Positions 1 through 8,981 of a DNA stretch of 64,000 nt are shown here, piece by piece. The DNA comes from Terriglobia bacterium (lineage in GTDB: Bacteria > Acidobacteriota > Terriglobia > Bryobacterales > Bryobacteraceae): contig CAVYEK010000021.1 in NCBI GenBank assembly GCA_963767595.1, forward strand, positions 33,658-97,657, written 5' to 3'. Every line of letters starts with the position of its first letter. The first letter of the stretch is position 1. Under the pieces are notes generated by a model that saw only the letters and a program-made list of their open reading frames with translations, was not told the DNA's origin and ran no database searches. The position numbers and the translations under genes are program-made.

Positions 1-3000
1 AACTGGCCGAGTTGCCCCGCGTCCGCCGTGAGACCCGGCAGCGGGTCCCGTTCGATCGCGGCGCCGCTTTCCTCTATGGCCGCGCTCAGGTTCTGCAGGG
101 CGGTCTGCACCACCGCCTCGCAGTCGGTCTGGCGAAGGTCGAGTTCCTTGCCGTTCACGCGCGAAAACGCCAGCAGGTCGACGATCAACTGTTGCATGCG
201 CTTGGCCCCATCCACCGCGAATTCGATATACCGGTCGGCCGTTTCGTCCAGTTTCCCCGAGTATTTCTTGGAGAGAAGCTGCGTGAAACTGGCCACCATG
301 CGGAGCGGCTCCTGCAAATCGTGCGAGGCCACGTAGGCGAACCTTTCCAACTCCGCATTCGACCGGGCGAGCTTCTCGGCATGGCGCTCCAGGTCTTCCG
401 CCAGTCGTTTGCTCTCGGTGATATCGCGCACCGTGGCCTCCAGAAACGCGTTGCCTGCCATCTCGATTCTGGTAAGCACGACGGTGGCGAGGAATTCCGC
501 GCCGTCCTGCCGCCGGTGCATCCATTCGAAGGAGTGGAAACCCTCGCGCATGGCCGCCTCGATGGCTTCCCGGGCCTTGCCGGCCGAGAGGCTGCCATCG
601 GGCTGCCGTTCGGGGGATACATCCCACGGCCCCAGCGCGCTGAACTCCGCTACATCCCTGGCCCCGAACATCTCGAGCGCCGCCGCATTGCCCGAGGTGA
701 ACTTCCACGAGGGCGGAGCAAGGGTCATCATGGCGTCCCGCGAGCCGTCGAACAGCAGGCGGTGCAGCGCTTCGCTTTTCCGCAGCCCCGCCTCGGCCTG
801 CTTGCGCTCGGTGATGTCCTGAGCGATGCCGGTCATGCGGATCGGTAGGTTCTCCGCGCCCCGCTCCAAATGCCCGCGACCCAGAATATGGCGGACGCCG
901 CCATCGGGCGGGCTGGCGCGGAACTCCAGGTCGGGTGGTTCTTCCCCCGCCAGACAGGCGCCGATCCAGGTTTGCATGGCAGCCCGGTCGTCCGGGTGAA
1001 TCAAACTCGGAAACGCTTCGAGGGAGGGGATATAAGTATCCGGCGAGACTCCGAAAACACGATATGTTTCAGGCGTCCATGCGCACACGGTTGCGCCCAT
1101 CGGCAATTCCCAGCTCCAACTGCCGACGTGGGCGATGCGCTGCGATTCGGACAGAGTAGATTCCTTCGCCCGCAGCGCTTCCTCCACGGCGGCTTGGCTG
1201 ACCACCCGAGCCACGGTGCTCCCGAGCCCGTCCAGCATGGCATCTTCATCGGCCTGGATCGAATGCTTGGCGAACAGCGCCAGAACGCCCAGGGTTTCTC
1301 CTCCCGGCGTTCGCAACTGGTATCCCGCGAACGACTCCAGTCCCAGCTCGCGGGCCCAGGCTTGATTGTGAATATTCGGATCGTTCCGCACGTCGTTGCA
1401 GACGAACTTGGGATCTTCGCGCGATGCCACGCGCCCGATCTTGTAACACCCGAATGGAACACGCCGGTGGCCCGGCCCGTCGACGTGCGTGTAGCGGCCG
1501 GAGCTCGCCAGCAAATGCAAACACCGCTCGCGGCGCCGGCAGACGTGCGGTCCCTCGCGGATCTCCGCGTGCGGGCAGCCCCGTTCGCACAGATCTCCGG
1601 ACCGGATCAACCAGATGCGGCAGAAATCGGCGTCGAACAGGCGCACGATGGCGTCGGTGACCTGCCGGAGTTTGTTTTCGAGCGGGGCCGGGCTCAGCAG
1701 CGAATGCTGAAGGCGGTTGACGCCCCGCTGCCGCACCAGCGTCTTGGCGATGCGCTCCTCGGCCTTCCTGCGCTCGGTGATGTCCAGCAGGGCGGTGCGA
1801 ATGCCGGCTGTCTGGCCCGCCGCGTTGCGCACCAGGCTATCGTGGAACTCAAGCCACAACTCGCCGCCGTCACGCCGGAGGTAACGGCGCTGGTCCGGCG
1901 CCAGAGCCTGTTCCCCGGACAGCTTCCGGCGAACGGCCGCGCGGCTGGCTTCCCGGTCCGCCTCGGCGATGAACTTCCACACCGGCCGGCCTAGGATCTC
2001 GTTCGCCGGGTAACCAAGCAGGTCGCATTCGGCCCGGTTCACCCGGCGCACCACGCCCTCCATGTCCAATTCGTGATATGCCACCGGAGCCCAGTCGAAC
2101 AACTCGCGGAACTTCTCCTCGCTCTCCCGCAGCGCCTCTTCGGTCCTCTTCTGATCGGTAATGTCGTGCGCGGTTACATAGATTGCCTGCGCATCCTCTC
2201 GAACGCTGGCATTCAGCAAAAGCCAGCGGTAGGATCCGTCTTTGCGCCTGGCGCGCCACTCGCGAGCTATAAGTTTCCCCGAGACGAGAAGCTTTTCGAA
2301 CTCGGCCGCGGCGGCCGCGCGATCCTCGGGATGGACCAGGTCGAAGAGGGGAAACCCTTCCCGTTCTTCCGCCGTGAATCCGAGGATTGGCTCCCAGGCT
2401 GTGTTTATCCGTTGGGCGCGGCCATCCAGGCCCCAGATGGCCAGCGGCGTGGGCGATGCCGAGAAGAACTGATCCAACGCCGTCTCGGCCCGCACGCGGT
2501 CGGAGATATCGACATTGACGCCAACCACGCGCGTGGCTATTCCAGCTTCGTCGAACAACACGCTCAACCGCACGAACAGCCAGTGAATACTCCCGTCCGG
2601 CCAGACGATTCGGTACCCGGTCCCAGGGATCTGAACTCCGGAGCAGGCCAGTTCCAGCCCACGGTCCACGCGTTCGCGATCCTCCGGACACACGAGATTG
2701 CGCCATTCTTCATGCGATGGGTATTCGCCAGCCGGGTCCAGGCCACAGATCCGGAATTGTCCCTCCGATACCCTGGTTTTACCGGTCCTGATGTCCCGAT
2801 CGAAAATCCCCACCCCGGCTGCGTTCTGCGCGAAGCCCAGCCATTCGTCGCTTCTTCGCTGCGCCTCCTGCGCGCGCTTCCGCGCCGTGATGTCGGTCAT
2901 ACTGATCACCGAACCCCGCGGGCGGCCTTCGACGACTATGGGTTGGATGGAGTACTGCACCGCGAAGGATGTCCCGTCGCGCCGGAAAAACACATCGTCA

Positions 3001-3341
3001 TCCACCTGCACCGCGGATCCGCTCGCGAGCGCCCTCTGGACATGGCAGTCGTGCTGGGGGCAGATCCAACCGCAGGAGTGGCCCTTATGGATTCGGCATT
3101 GCAGCTTCTGGCCAAGGCATTCTTCCGGAGCATAGCCAAGCACCCGGCAGGCCGCCTGGTTGATGAATACGCAACGCCCCTCGAGATCCAGCGCCCAGAT
3201 GCCGACCCCAGCCGAGTCCAGGGTGGCCGCCAGTTCTTGGGCTCCCCAGGATTCCACGGGCCCCGGCGGGGCCAGCGCGCCGCTGCCGTTCGCGCCCGCC
3301 TCGCGTTTTGGATGCACGCTAAACTCTGGTTTCCGCGCCAC
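1..3341 (-). CDS. multi-PAS/GAF sensor histidine kinase; the 3' (HATPase) end runs off the window
   Basis: Absent from the ORF track because it has no stop in the window. My own translation of the minus frame is open from 3341 to 1. H-box 'ERFAYVASHDLQEPLRMV' is encoded at ~300-350. Five PAS-like blocks each end in a 'DIT(E/A/D)xK' linker. A GAF-like block lies at ~1240-1660. Start GTG 3341 has AGGAG 6 nt upstream (alternative GTG 3317). Plus ORFs 12..848, 870..1994 and 2073..3515 are its antisense shadows. Confidence 0.8.
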   Translation of the reverse strand, partial: MARKPEFSVHPKREAGANGSGALAPPGPVESWGAQELAATLDSAGVGIWALDLEGRCVFINQAACRVLGYAPEECLGQKLQCRIHKGHSCGWICPQHDCHVQRALASGSAVQVDDDVFFRRDGTSFAVQYSIQPIVVEGRPRGSVISMTDITARKRAQEAQRRSDEWLGFAQNAAGVGIFDRDIRTGKTRVSEGQFRICGLDPAGEYPSHEEWRNLVCPEDRERVDRGLELACSGVQIPGTGYRIVWPDGSIHWLFVRLSVLFDEAGIATRVVGVNVDISDRVRAETALDQFFSASPTPLAIWGLDGRAQRINTAWEPILGFTAEEREGFPLFDLVHPEDRAAAAAEFEKLLVSGKLIAREWRARRKDGSYRWLLLNASVREDAQAIYVTAHDITDQKRTEEALRESEEKFRELFDWAPVAYHELDMEGVVRRVNRAECDLLGYPANEILGRPVWKFIAEADREASRAAVRRKLSGEQALAPDQRRYLRRDGGELWLEFHDSLVRNAAGQTAGIRTALLDITERRKAEERIAKTLVRQRGVNRLQHSLLSPAPLENKLRQVTDAIVRLFDADFCRIWLIRSGDLCERGCPHAEIREGPHVCRRRERCLHLLASSGRYTHVDGPGHRRVPFGCYKIGRVASREDPKFVCNDVRNDPNIHNQAWARELGLESFAGYQLRTPGGETLGVLALFAKHSIQADEDAMLDGLGSTVARVVSQAAVEEALRAKESTLSESQRIAHVGSWSWELPMGATVCAWTPETYRVFGVSPDTYIPSLEAFPSLIHPDDRAAMQTWIGACLAGEEPPDLEFRASPPDGGVRHILGRGHLERGAENLPIRMTGIAQDITERKQAEAGLRKSEALHRLLFDGSRDAMMTLAPPSWKFTSGNAAALEMFGARDVAEFSALGPWDVSPERQPDGSLSAGKAREAIEAAMREGFHSFEWMHRRQDGAEFLATVVLTRIEMAGNAFLEATVRDITESKRLAEDLERHAEKLARSNAELERFAYVASHDLQEPLRMVASFTQLLSKKYSGKLDETADRYIEFAVDGAKRMQQLIVDLLAFSRVNGKELDLRQTDCEAVVQTALQNLSAAIEESGAAIERDPLPGLTADAGQLGQ

Positions 3342-4554
3342 GCAGGACTCCTGGCAGAAATGAAAAACGCGGTTTCGGCGTTTGAGTGTCTTTCTCCACG
3401 CCCGCGATCCGCGCGGCGAACCTGGCGATATGCTGCTGGAATGCGCGGCTTTCTCCCAGCCGCTTTCCATCCAGCGAAGCATGCGAAAAGTCCTTGCGGG
3501 CGTCGGGCAGGGTGACTTCCACGCGTACCCCCAGAATCTTCTCCAGTTCGCGGTCCGAGAAAGTGGGCCGGTCCGACGCCTGGTTGAGAACCAGCGCGAA
3601 CTGGTCCGAGCTGAATCCGGCCTGGCCCAGCGCGCGCGCCGTCTCTTTCGCCTCATGCAGCCCGAGGACGTCGAAGGTGCCGACCAGGTGCAGGCGGTCG
3701 ACGTCTTCGGCCACCCGCGCGGAAAATGGGCTCAGCCGTCCCATGTCGATCACGATGAACTGGTAGAGGGAGCGCACGAACCGGATAATGAAACGGATTC
3801 TCTCCGCCTTGGGCGACTGTTCTTCCTTGCAGACCGGACCCGCGGATTGAATGATGTCCACGCCCACGCCGCCGGACGCCACCAGCTTCGCCCACATGTC
3901 GCGATCCAGACGGAGAATATCGGCCGAGGCGTCCAGGATGGTGTAGGATCCTTTTGCGTTCATCAGGAATGCGATCGCATTGGCCGCCCCATCGAGATCC
4001 ATGAGCAATACGCGGCCGCCGGTTTGCCGGTTGAGCTCTCGCCCCAGGTGGCATGCGATGGTGGTGGTTCCCACGCCGCCCTTGGCGCCCAGAAGGCCCA
4101 CCACCAGGGCGCGCGGCTGCCCGGAATCCGCCGGCGCCGCCGCCATCTGAAGGCGCTGCCGGATAATGGTGCGTTGCAGCGTGCGCGCCAGCTCCGCGCC
4201 CTGCAACTTGCCCTTCACCAGGTAATCCTGCGCTCCGCCTTGCACGGCCCGCAGCGCCAGGGACTCGCTGTCCCACCCCGTGAGGAGCACCACCGGGAGT
4301 TCGGGCGCATGGATGCGGATGGCGTTCAAGCCGTCCAGGCCGTGGCTATCCGGGAGAGACACATCGAGGAGCACAAGATCGATATCCCCGCGCGCCAGCC
4401 GGTCCAGACCGGGCAGCAGGGCTTGCGCCCAGTGGACCTTGAACACGGCGTCGCTCGCATCCGCAAGCGATGCCTTCACCAGTTCCGCATCGCCCGGGTT
4501 GTCTTCGATGAGAAGAATGTCAAGGACAGGTTGCGGCAAGGCGCGAGGCTCCAA
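3319..4554 (-). CDS. response-regulator receiver domain fused to a ParA/MinD-type (CpaE/TadZ-like) P-loop ATPase
   Basis: 411-aa ORF. REC motifs 'ILLIEDNPGDAELV' and 'DLVLLDVSLPDSHGLDG'. Deviant Walker A 'LLGAKGGVGTTTIA'. Its stop abuts or overlaps the downstream HK start, so they share an operon. Start is TTG 4554 or TTG 4539. Confidence 0.75.
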   Translation of the reverse strand: MEPRALPQPVLDILLIEDNPGDAELVKASLADASDAVFKVHWAQALLPGLDRLARGDIDLVLLDVSLPDSHGLDGLNAIRIHAPELPVVLLTGWDSESLALRAVQGGAQDYLVKGKLQGAELARTLQRTIIRQRLQMAAAPADSGQPRALVVGLLGAKGGVGTTTIACHLGRELNRQTGGRVLLMDLDGAANAIAFLMNAKGSYTILDASADILRLDRDMWAKLVASGGVGVDIIQSAGPVCKEEQSPKAERIRFIIRFVRSLYQFIVIDMGRLSPFSARVAEDVDRLHLVGTFDVLGLHEAKETARALGQAGFSSDQFALVLNQASDRPTFSDRELEKILGVRVEVTLPDARKDFSHASLDGKRLGESRAFQQHIARFAARIAGVEKDTQTPKPRFSFLPGVLRGAETRV

Positions 4555-4825
4555 GGCTCTCTTTTAGTCTCGGATCGCCTTTCCATCCGGCATATCCCCC
4601 AAAACCCTGCAATTTCGGAAGACGATGCTGCACGGATACGGTCCCCGCAGTCCACTCTCTGCCCCGCGGGTGAGGTCTCTTACAGTGCGCCCCCATGCGC
4701 AAATGCGGGTTGGACTGTATTGAAACCACAGCCGGCCTGAGCCATTCTGTCAATGAAATGAACACGCCGCTCCGCTGCCTGGTATTTCCGGTTCGCTCTT
4801 GCGCCGGCTCGCGAGGGGAGATGTG

Positions 4826-5299
4826 ATGCGCCGGCGCAGTGCGACATACCCGGCAGCGGTTCTGGTTGTGGACGACGACCCATTCCTGCTGCAGTGCGTG
4901 GGCGTCATCCTGAGGAACGCCGGCTTCTTTGTGCTCTCGGCTTCCACCCCTGGCGGCGCCATCGAGATCGAATCGGTATACCCCGGAACGATTCGCCTTC
5001 TTCTTTCCGACGTCGAGATGCCGGAAATGACCGGCCCCGATCTTGCGGCGGCGTTAACCGCCCGCCGGCCGGAAATGCGCGTCCTGTTGATGTCCGCGTG
5101 CGGCGCCTTGCGAAAGCCGTTGCTCCAGCCCGGTTGGCGCTTCATCCAGAAACCCTTCGCGCCCGAAGATCTAACCAGCGCGGTGAGCGATGCCCTGTCC
5201 GTGGATGGGTCCGATGCGCCCGCCGGTTCGTTGCCCGTGAACAACACAACCGGGGTGACTGCCCGTGGCAACCTCCATTCCAGTTCACCGTCGAACTGA
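4826..5299 (+). CDS. single-domain CheY-like response regulator
   Basis: 'AVLVVDDDPFLLQCVGVIL', 'LLLSDVEMPEMTGPDLA' and 'IQKPFAPEDL' are receiver-domain signatures. ATG 4826 has GGGGAG 5 nt upstream. The longest ORF starts at 4799. Confidence 0.75.
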   Translation: MRRRSATYPAAVLVVDDDPFLLQCVGVILRNAGFFVLSASTPGGAIEIESVYPGTIRLLLSDVEMPEMTGPDLAAALTARRPEMRVLLMSACGALRKPLLQPGWRFIQKPFAPEDLTSAVSDALSVDGSDAPAGSLPVNNTTGVTARGNLHSSSPSN

Positions 5300-5322
5300 G
5301 GCCGCGCGGCGCGCTTCGACCG

Positions 5323-5700
5323 GTGGTCGCGGCGGTGATCTACGACGGCTCGATCTTCTATTCGCGCTGGAGCCGGGAACGGGATGCGGAACGAACACGA
5401 GCCCGCGAGGAAGTGGAACGGGCCCGGAGAACCCTCGACCTTTTGGGAGGCGATGAACTCCGCATCATGAACTTCTATGCCTTTCCCGGCGTCATCGGAC
5501 CTGGCAGCCACGCAACCATCTGTTATGGAGTCACCAACGCGAAGAAGGTCCGGATCCAGCCGCCGGTGGGGGAAGTCTGGCCTGCCGTGAGCCATTGCCT
5601 GCAAGTCGCCCCGCGCAAGGACACCGAATACATGCTGACCGCTGAGGACGCCGCAGGACATTCCGTGTCGCAGAGTTTTGTATTGAAGGTCGCGCGCTGA
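5323..5700 (+). CDS. hypothetical small protein with an Ig-like/beta-sandwich-looking C-terminus
   Basis: Tail of ORF 4894..5700. Only the part after the RR stop looks protein-like ('FYAFPGVIGPGSHATICYGVTNAKKVRIQPPVGEV...YMLTAEDAAGHSVSQSFVLKV'). GTG 5323 is a guess; the start is uncertain. Confidence 0.4.
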   Translation: MVAAVIYDGSIFYSRWSRERDAERTRAREEVERARRTLDLLGGDELRIMNFYAFPGVIGPGSHATICYGVTNAKKVRIQPPVGEVWPAVSHCLQVAPRKDTEYMLTAEDAAGHSVSQSFVLKVAR

Positions 5701-6147
5701 ATGCGCACGCGCCGAAGCCACGTTTGGAGGTTTCGGGGACAGTTCTGCGCGCGAGCATGAAGATCTTCCGAATCAGCAGCTTACGGGAATTCTGCAGCCC
5801 CCGAGCATTCTCAAGAGAGCTACGAAACCCCGAAACTGCCGGCTTCAAAAGAGACGCAGTTGTTGGTGGGCCGGGAAGTACCGTTCTCCGACGAGGCGAC
5901 TGCGGGGCGAACTCCGGATGCTCCTGGCGAATCCATGCCTCGACCCTGCCGCGAAGTGTTTCGGCAATCCGCCGCATCCGGCCGGGCGGCGAGCCAGGAT
6001 GCGGACTGCGTCGCGCCGTCCCCATTCAATGAACGCGGTTGCCGAAGGGAAGGGAATAAGCGCAAAATAGGGCATGGCCGCCGTACGGCATCCCCAAGCG
6101 GCCTTGGCTTCGGCAACGTCCGGCCTAGCGGTAACTGAGGAGGCAAG

Positions 6148-6576
6148 TTGGCCAAGATTTCGTTGAACAAGAGGATCGAAGCCACCAAGCTCCATGAGCG
6201 GACAGGAGCGCCACTGGCGGGACCGGAAGTGACGATACCCTTCGGAGCGCTGGTGGAGTCAGTGGGGACCGAGCGCGATCGGGAGAGGTTTCGCTACCTG
6301 GGCGCGTTGTATTCGGCGCCCCAGGAGATCTTTCTGGAGGCTACCAGGCCGGATGAAGCCGGCGCGGCGCCGGCTCTCGGTCCAGCGCCGGTGGAACCGA
6401 AATGCTCCGCGGCGCCAGGCGCCAAGGAGGCCAGTCTGCGGTTCGAGCAGTTGAATGCGGGCGGCTACGCAGTGGCGCGGGCCAAGGTTCCGGGCGGATG
6501 GCTGGTAACTTGCGGCGCGGGTGTAACGTTCTACCCGGACCAGGGCCACGAGTGGGATGGCGCGTCGGTGGAGTGA
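6148..6576 (+). CDS. hypothetical protein (142 aa) directly upstream of the PAAR-like gene
   Basis: TTG start preceded by GAGGAGG. Codon usage is host-like. I recognise no domain and see no signal peptide. Confidence 0.5.
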   Translation: MAKISLNKRIEATKLHERTGAPLAGPEVTIPFGALVESVGTERDRERFRYLGALYSAPQEIFLEATRPDEAGAAPALGPAPVEPKCSAAPGAKEASLRFEQLNAGGYAVARAKVPGGWLVTCGAGVTFYPDQGHEWDGASVE

Positions 6577-6677
6577 GGCCGTGATGGGCTGCGCTCCAGC
6601 GGGACTTCGAGACTCCCGGTTCGATTTCCCATCTCGCCGTGGATGGAATCCAGGGCGCGCGACGAGGAGGTAATGGG

Positions 6678-7067
6678 ATGCCGATGCAGGTCTGCATGGG
6701 AGCCAGCATGATGTGCAGTTTTGGGGTGGCTCCCAGTTCCCTGGTGGTGCTGCCGGCCAACCGGGTGACCACGAACCAGGCGCCGGACGCCAACATCATG
6801 GATCACATTCCCATGGTCAACATCATGCCCTTTGGGATGTGCATGTCGCCAGCGAACCCCACGGTAGCCGCCGCCACCGCCGCCGCTCTGGGGGTTCTGA
6901 CTCCCATGCCTTGTATTCCGGCCACGCCCGCGCCGTGGGTCCCCGGAGCGCCGAATGTGCTTCTGGGCAACTTCCCGACGCTGGACGACAGTTCCCAGTT
7001 ACTGTGCACGTGGGGCGGCGTCATCACCTTTGTCACGCCCGGGGAATTCACCGTCACGGTCCCGTAG
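6678..7067 (+). CDS. DUF4280 (PAAR-like) T6SS spike-tip protein
   Basis: 'MPMQVCMGASMMCSFGVAPSSLVVLP...NIMPFGMCMSPANPTVAAATAAALGVLTPMPCIP...PWVPGAPNVLLGNFPTLDDSSQLLCTWGGVITF' matches the DUF4280 pattern. GAGGAGG lies 8 nt upstream of ATG 6678. The 3' end overlaps the vgrG 3' end by 14 nt (convergent). Confidence 0.8.
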   Translation: MPMQVCMGASMMCSFGVAPSSLVVLPANRVTTNQAPDANIMDHIPMVNIMPFGMCMSPANPTVAAATAAALGVLTPMPCIPATPAPWVPGAPNVLLGNFPTLDDSSQLLCTWGGVITFVTPGEFTVTVP

Positions 7068-8931
7068 CGCCGGAATCGGTAGGCGAGAGCGGTGACTCGA
7101 GCGAGCCCGCCGAGCCGGAGAGCGCCGCTCCGCCGCTGTTGATCTGCACCATCGGCGTGCCCGAAATCGCAATCCCCGAGGAATCGATGGTGATGAAGTT
7201 GCCGCCGACCTTCAGGGTCAGGCCCACCGATGCTTCAATCACCACCTGCATCGCCTCCAAGTAAAGGTTCTGGGTCACCTGGCTGCTGTGGTTGCCGCTG
7301 AACTGCTCGATCACGTCGCCGGTGACTGCCAGGGAGTTCGAACCCGTGATCTTGACCGCGGCCTTTCCATCGATTGTCACGTGGCGATCGCGGCCGATCC
7401 ATTCCTTGCGGTCGTTCTCGATGCGTATGTCGATGTCTTTCTGGCCGTGGATAAAGATCTGCTCGCTGCCCTTTTTGTCTTCCAGCCGGATCTCGTTGAA
7501 TCCGCCGCCGCCCTTGGAACTGTCCGACTTCAGCGTGCTCTTGGTCTGCTCGGCCGGCAGGGTATAGGGCGGCATCTGGTCGGCATTGTAGACCGACCCG
7601 ACGATCAGAGGGCGGTCCGGGTCGCCCTCGAGAAAACCAACCGCGACTTCCTGGCCGATGCGCGGGATGTAGATGGAACCCCACTGCTTCCCGGCCCAGC
7701 CTTGGGCCACCCGAATCCAGCAGGAGCTTTTCTCGTCGGCTTTTCCTTCCCGATCCCAAAAGAACTGCACGGTGACGCGTCCATACTTGTCGGTCCAGAT
7801 CTCTTCGCCGGACTTGCCGACCACCACGGCGGTCTGGGCGCTGGCGATTACCGGTTTGCGGGCCAGGCGCGGGGGCCGGAAGGACACGGAATTGGGAATG
7901 GCTTCGAACTCATTGGCGTAGTCGAACGGTTGCGGATGCCCGGAACGGTAACTCGTGTTCTTCCCCTTGTGCTGGAGTGAAATCAAGGTGTAATTCCGGT
8001 TGACCGCATCGCGGAAGTGCTCCGCCAAAGTGAACTTATAGCCACACTCAAAGCCCATGCAGTTGCTCTTGCCCCGCAGGGTCGACAGCTCCACTTCCCG
8101 CTCTTCCAGACGAATCCTGGCATAGCGGTCGCCGTCGCTCTTGCTGGTGTATTTTCCGGGGTAATCGTAGTACTCGGCGGGTTCGGGGCTGGAAAGAGTG
8201 GCATAGAGACGCGTCTTGGGCTTCTCAAAGTAATAATCCGCCAGCGAAGCCGTTCCGGTATTTACCTTGTGTTCTTCTTCCACCGCGAGGACGGTGTCCT
8301 CATCGAGGCGGCCGCCGAGCGACGGCGTATAGCGAGCCTTGTTCTTATGCGGGCAGGCCTGAAAGGCGGACTTATCGTCCGCGATCACAAGCTTGTGCTT
8401 ATCCTTGGTCTGCTCGAAAAAATAGAAAATGCCTTCGTCCTCGAGCAGCCGCGAAACAAAGTTGAAGTCGGTCTCGCGGTACTGCACGCAGTACTCCCGG
8501 GGCTGATAGGAGCCGGTCAGCTTCAGGTCGTAATCGGGAAAGCCCCGGTCCTTGAAGATCTGCTCCACGATGTCCGGGACGCTCTTGTTCTGGAAGATGC
8601 GGCAGTTGGAATACAGGGTGAGGAACCAGAGCCAGGGAACCATCTCGGCCTGGTACACGGCCATGGCATCGTCCCCGTACTCCACCAGTTTCATCCGGCT
8701 GATGAGGCCGTGGATTTGGCGCTCGTTTTCATCGTCGAGCTTGATCGACAGAACCGCGGGTTGAGTCAGCAACCCCTTCATGTCGATGTTTGGGTCGTCC
8801 GACAGCAGCTCCAAAACGAAGCGGAAGGGCGTGGAGATGCGCTCATAGCCCGTGAAGGCGCTCAACAGCAGGGCGTCGTCGCCCAGCGGTGTTTTGATGC
8901 GGAATGGACGTTCAGTTTGCGTTGCGGGCAA
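7054..8931 (-). CDS. vgrG: T6SS spike protein VgrG (TssI), no C-terminal effector extension
   Basis: 625 aa. N-terminus 'RPFRIKTPLGDDALLLSAFTGYERISTPFRFVLELLS', a gp27/gp5-like core and a C-terminal beta-helix repeat region. TTG start with GGAGGA upstream. Confidence 0.95.
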   Translation of the reverse strand: MPATQTERPFRIKTPLGDDALLLSAFTGYERISTPFRFVLELLSDDPNIDMKGLLTQPAVLSIKLDDENERQIHGLISRMKLVEYGDDAMAVYQAEMVPWLWFLTLYSNCRIFQNKSVPDIVEQIFKDRGFPDYDLKLTGSYQPREYCVQYRETDFNFVSRLLEDEGIFYFFEQTKDKHKLVIADDKSAFQACPHKNKARYTPSLGGRLDEDTVLAVEEEHKVNTGTASLADYYFEKPKTRLYATLSSPEPAEYYDYPGKYTSKSDGDRYARIRLEEREVELSTLRGKSNCMGFECGYKFTLAEHFRDAVNRNYTLISLQHKGKNTSYRSGHPQPFDYANEFEAIPNSVSFRPPRLARKPVIASAQTAVVVGKSGEEIWTDKYGRVTVQFFWDREGKADEKSSCWIRVAQGWAGKQWGSIYIPRIGQEVAVGFLEGDPDRPLIVGSVYNADQMPPYTLPAEQTKSTLKSDSSKGGGGFNEIRLEDKKGSEQIFIHGQKDIDIRIENDRKEWIGRDRHVTIDGKAAVKITGSNSLAVTGDVIEQFSGNHSSQVTQNLYLEAMQVVIEASVGLTLKVGGNFITIDSSGIAISGTPMVQINSGGAALSGSAGSLESPLSPTDSGATGP

Positions 8932-8981
8932 GGTATGGTCCTCCAGTCGGCCAAGCCGGCCCGGCCGGCGCCCGATGCCGC

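Noticed and set aside
12-3515. Three long plus-strand ORFs (12..848, 870..1994, 2073..3515)
   Set aside because: They are codon-aligned antisense shadows of the minus-strand PAS/GAF histidine kinase. Their products are Arg/Gly/Pro-rich with no motifs, whereas the minus frame gives PAS, GAF and H-box sequence.
6610-6635. tRNA T-loop-like GGTTCGATTTCC
   Set aside because: The flanking sequence cannot form a T-stem, acceptor stem or anticodon arm. It lies in the short spacer before the DUF4280 gene.
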